Below, piece after piece: positions 61,751 to 64,000 of a stretch of 64,000 bases of DNA. Every line of letters starts with the position of its first letter. Within the stretch, counting starts at the first letter, position 1. A program made the position numbers and the translations under genes. This DNA is from Gemmatimonadales bacterium. Its GTDB lineage: Bacteria > Gemmatimonadota > Gemmatimonadetes > Gemmatimonadales > GWC2-71-9. Below the pieces are notes generated by a model. It did not search any database. It saw only the letters and a program-made list of their open reading frames with translations, and was not told where the DNA came from. The DNA lies in NCBI GenBank assembly GCA_965249575.1, contig OZ252244.1, forward strand, positions 480,001-544,000, in the 5' to 3' direction.

Positions 61751-62671
61751 GTGCTGGTACTCGTGCTTCTCGCGTTGCCCCTGCGAGCGGCCACTGCGCA
61801 AGAAGACGGCCTCGAGCCCCGATCGAGGACGTCCCTCCCGATCGCAGCGGGCGAATCTCTCGCGGTTACGATCAGCGGCGACGGGACGCCGGTGGTCCTG
61901 CTCCCCGGTCTGTTCGGGTCGGCGTATGGCTATCGGCGGCTGACCGCGATCCTCGATACGATGGGCTATCGATCGACGATCATAGAACCGCTGGGTATCG
62001 GATCCTCATCGCGGCCCCCTTCGGCGGACTACTCCCTGACGGCGCAGGCCGACCGCATCGCCGCCGCATTGGACACCCTGGGACTCGGACGTGCCGTATT
62101 CGTTGCACACTCGGTCGGCGCGTCCATCGCCATGCGGGTGGCATACCGCCATCCGAAACTCGTTCGAGGCATCGTGTCTCTCGAGGGAGGCCCAACCGAG
62201 GCCGCGACGACGAAAAACTTTCGCCGTTTGATCAAGATCGTTCCCATCGCGCAGCGCGCATTCGACACGCGGAGGTTCATGCTGGGGTTGATTTACAGCG
62301 AGATGAAGAAGGTCTCGGCGGACGATTCGTGGGTGGATGCCACGGTCGTTCAGGGCTACACGGAGGGCCTCACCATCGACTACGATGCTACGCTGAGCGC
62401 CTATCAGGGCATGGCGAAGGCCGTGGAGCCCGAAAGCATCATCGAGAATCTCGCGGCCATCCCCTGCCCCGTGGTCCTGCTGATCGGCGACTTCAAGCAC
62501 GGTTCGCGTCCACCCCGTGAAGAGATCTCCACGCTGGCCAGTCACCTCCGGGCATTCTCCGTCGATACCGTGTCCGGATCCGGCTTCTTCATTCAGGAGG
62601 AGCAGCCCTCGGCCGTTGCCACCGCCGTTGAGGAAATGGCCCGCGGCCCGGGGTGCGGCGACGGAGAATAA
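61751..62671 (+). CDS. alpha/beta hydrolase fold protein
   Basis: VLLPGL, GIGSS, AHSVG, LLIGD, FIQEEQP. Confidence 0.88.
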   Translation: MLVLVLLALPLRAATAQEDGLEPRSRTSLPIAAGESLAVTISGDGTPVVLLPGLFGSAYGYRRLTAILDTMGYRSTIIEPLGIGSSSRPPSADYSLTAQADRIAAALDTLGLGRAVFVAHSVGASIAMRVAYRHPKLVRGIVSLEGGPTEAATTKNFRRLIKIVPIAQRAFDTRRFMLGLIYSEMKKVSADDSWVDATVVQGYTEGLTIDYDATLSAYQGMAKAVEPESIIENLAAIPCPVVLLIGDFKHGSRPPREEISTLASHLRAFSVDTVSGSGFFIQEEQPSAVATAVEEMARGPGCGDGE

Positions 62672-62750
62672 GGACTCCTTGCGAGCGGGCGGGTTTCGGC
62701 ATCACTTCTGATCGACCACCAAGCCTTTTCCTTACCCCGGGACCGACCGC

Positions 62751-64000
62751 ATGCGCCGCTTCGAGACGTTATCCGCGACCGTGGCTGTCATCGCCGCGCT
62801 ATCAATCATCCCGTCGTCGTTGCCGGCACAGGGTCAGGACGCCGAGTACGGCCGCCTGATTCGGGAGTACACGTCGGACCCGCACTTCCTTCCGGCGTCG
62901 GTGGCACAGGTCCCGGAACATCCGTCCGTCCCGTCTCCCAAGGATCACTTCGGCACCATCGTCGGCGCTCCAGGGGTCATGCACGGCACCGGTGACTGGT
63001 ATCATCGCTACTCCAAAAATCGAACAGAGTGGGAAGACGGATTCCCGCGATCCGGCCCCTACTGGGGGAAGTACGTCTACCACGACAACAATCGGGACGG
63101 ACTACAGATCACGCAGGAGCTCACCAAGGCGGTGTACCGCGAGTACTTCCGCTGGCACCCCACAGTGATGCTCGACCTGCACGAGTCGGTGCCACTGCTC
63201 TACGTCTCTACTGGCACCGGCCCGTACAACGAGAGCATCGACCCCATCACGATCGCTGAATGGCAGCTGCTCGCCAATCACGACGTCACGAGCGTAACGG
63301 CACTGGGTCTCCCTGGTGTCTGGACGTGGGGATTCTACGACGGGTGGTGGCCCGGTTATCTCCTGTGGATCGCGAACAATCACAACGGCATTGGCCGGTT
63401 CTACGAGACCTTTGGCAACGCGGGCGCCAATACATTCGTTCGTGATCTCTCCGAATCCCGTTACGCCGGAGACTCGGTGACGGCTCGCCGCTGGTACCGC
63501 CCCTGGCCGCCCACGCGCCGTCTCCGATGGTCCGCCCGCGACAACGTGAACTACATGCAGGCGGGCGTCATCGCCTCGTTGGAGCTGGCGGCTACCAATG
63601 GAAGGACTCAACAGCGTCGAGCGGGGTCGAAGCGAAAAGCCGCACGCATTCCTGGTGCCGGCACTCGCTCGGCAGCGCGATCCGAAGCGGACCGCCTATC
63701 TGGTCAATCAGCTCCGGCGACACGGGATCGAGGTGCATCGCCGCACCGACGGCGACTCCGCCGGCGCGTTCGTCGTGCTGCTGGACCAGCCGTACCGCAA
63801 CTTCGCCGTCAGCCTCCTCACCAAGCAGAACTTCCCCGAGGACGCGCCTCATACACCGTACGACGACGTCGCGTGGACTCTGGGATACATGTACGGGGTG
63901 AAGGTGAAACCGATCGACGACGTCGGGGTGTTCGGGTGGGCGGTCGAGCCGGTACAGGACACCGTATCGGTCTCCGCCTCAGTGCGGGGGGGTGGACCGG
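62751..64000 (+). pseudogene. M14-type zinc carboxypeptidase-like gene with internal deletions (runs off window)
   Basis: Signal peptide, 'YVYHDNNRD', 'DLHE', 'FYETFGN', 'PYDDVAWT'; segment with HxxE apparently missing at ~62992; frame change at ~63607. Confidence 0.75.

Overview
High-GC bacterial DNA, most consistent with Gemmatimonadota (inferred from the expanded '[21 protein letters not shown]' Ser/Thr kinase family and the rsmI/DUF4159/pdxJ/ispE gene context). There are three zones. (1) ~1-11.7 kb is a decayed mobile region around a tRNA-Ser(TGA). It holds a truncated tyrosine integrase, a terminase-small-subunit-like ORF, a HicA-like gene, a HEPN-like gene, a P-loop ATPase flanked by two copies of an iteron-like block, a DUF3631-type Rep fragment and a degenerate att copy. 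(2) ~11.7-39.7 kb is mostly core genome: a Lol-like ABC export cluster, USP, tRNA-Ser(GCT), gltX, an aminotransferase, JAB-DinG, a DUF4159/DUF4175/TPR operon, rsmI, trxA, mce, pdxJ, ispE and tRNA-Gln. (3) 39.7-64 kb is an island starting at the tRNA-Gln 3' end, dominated by a co-oriented array of Hanks-type kinase-sensor genes (intact, frameshifted, internally deleted, and orphan 5' and 3' stubs). In two places a 5' stub and a 3' stub bracket unrelated cargo genes, suggesting a cassette-exchanging kinase locus. Single-base frameshifts also occur in ordinary genes, so some pseudogene calls may be sequencing or assembly indels. All family assignments come from motif recognition, not database searches.
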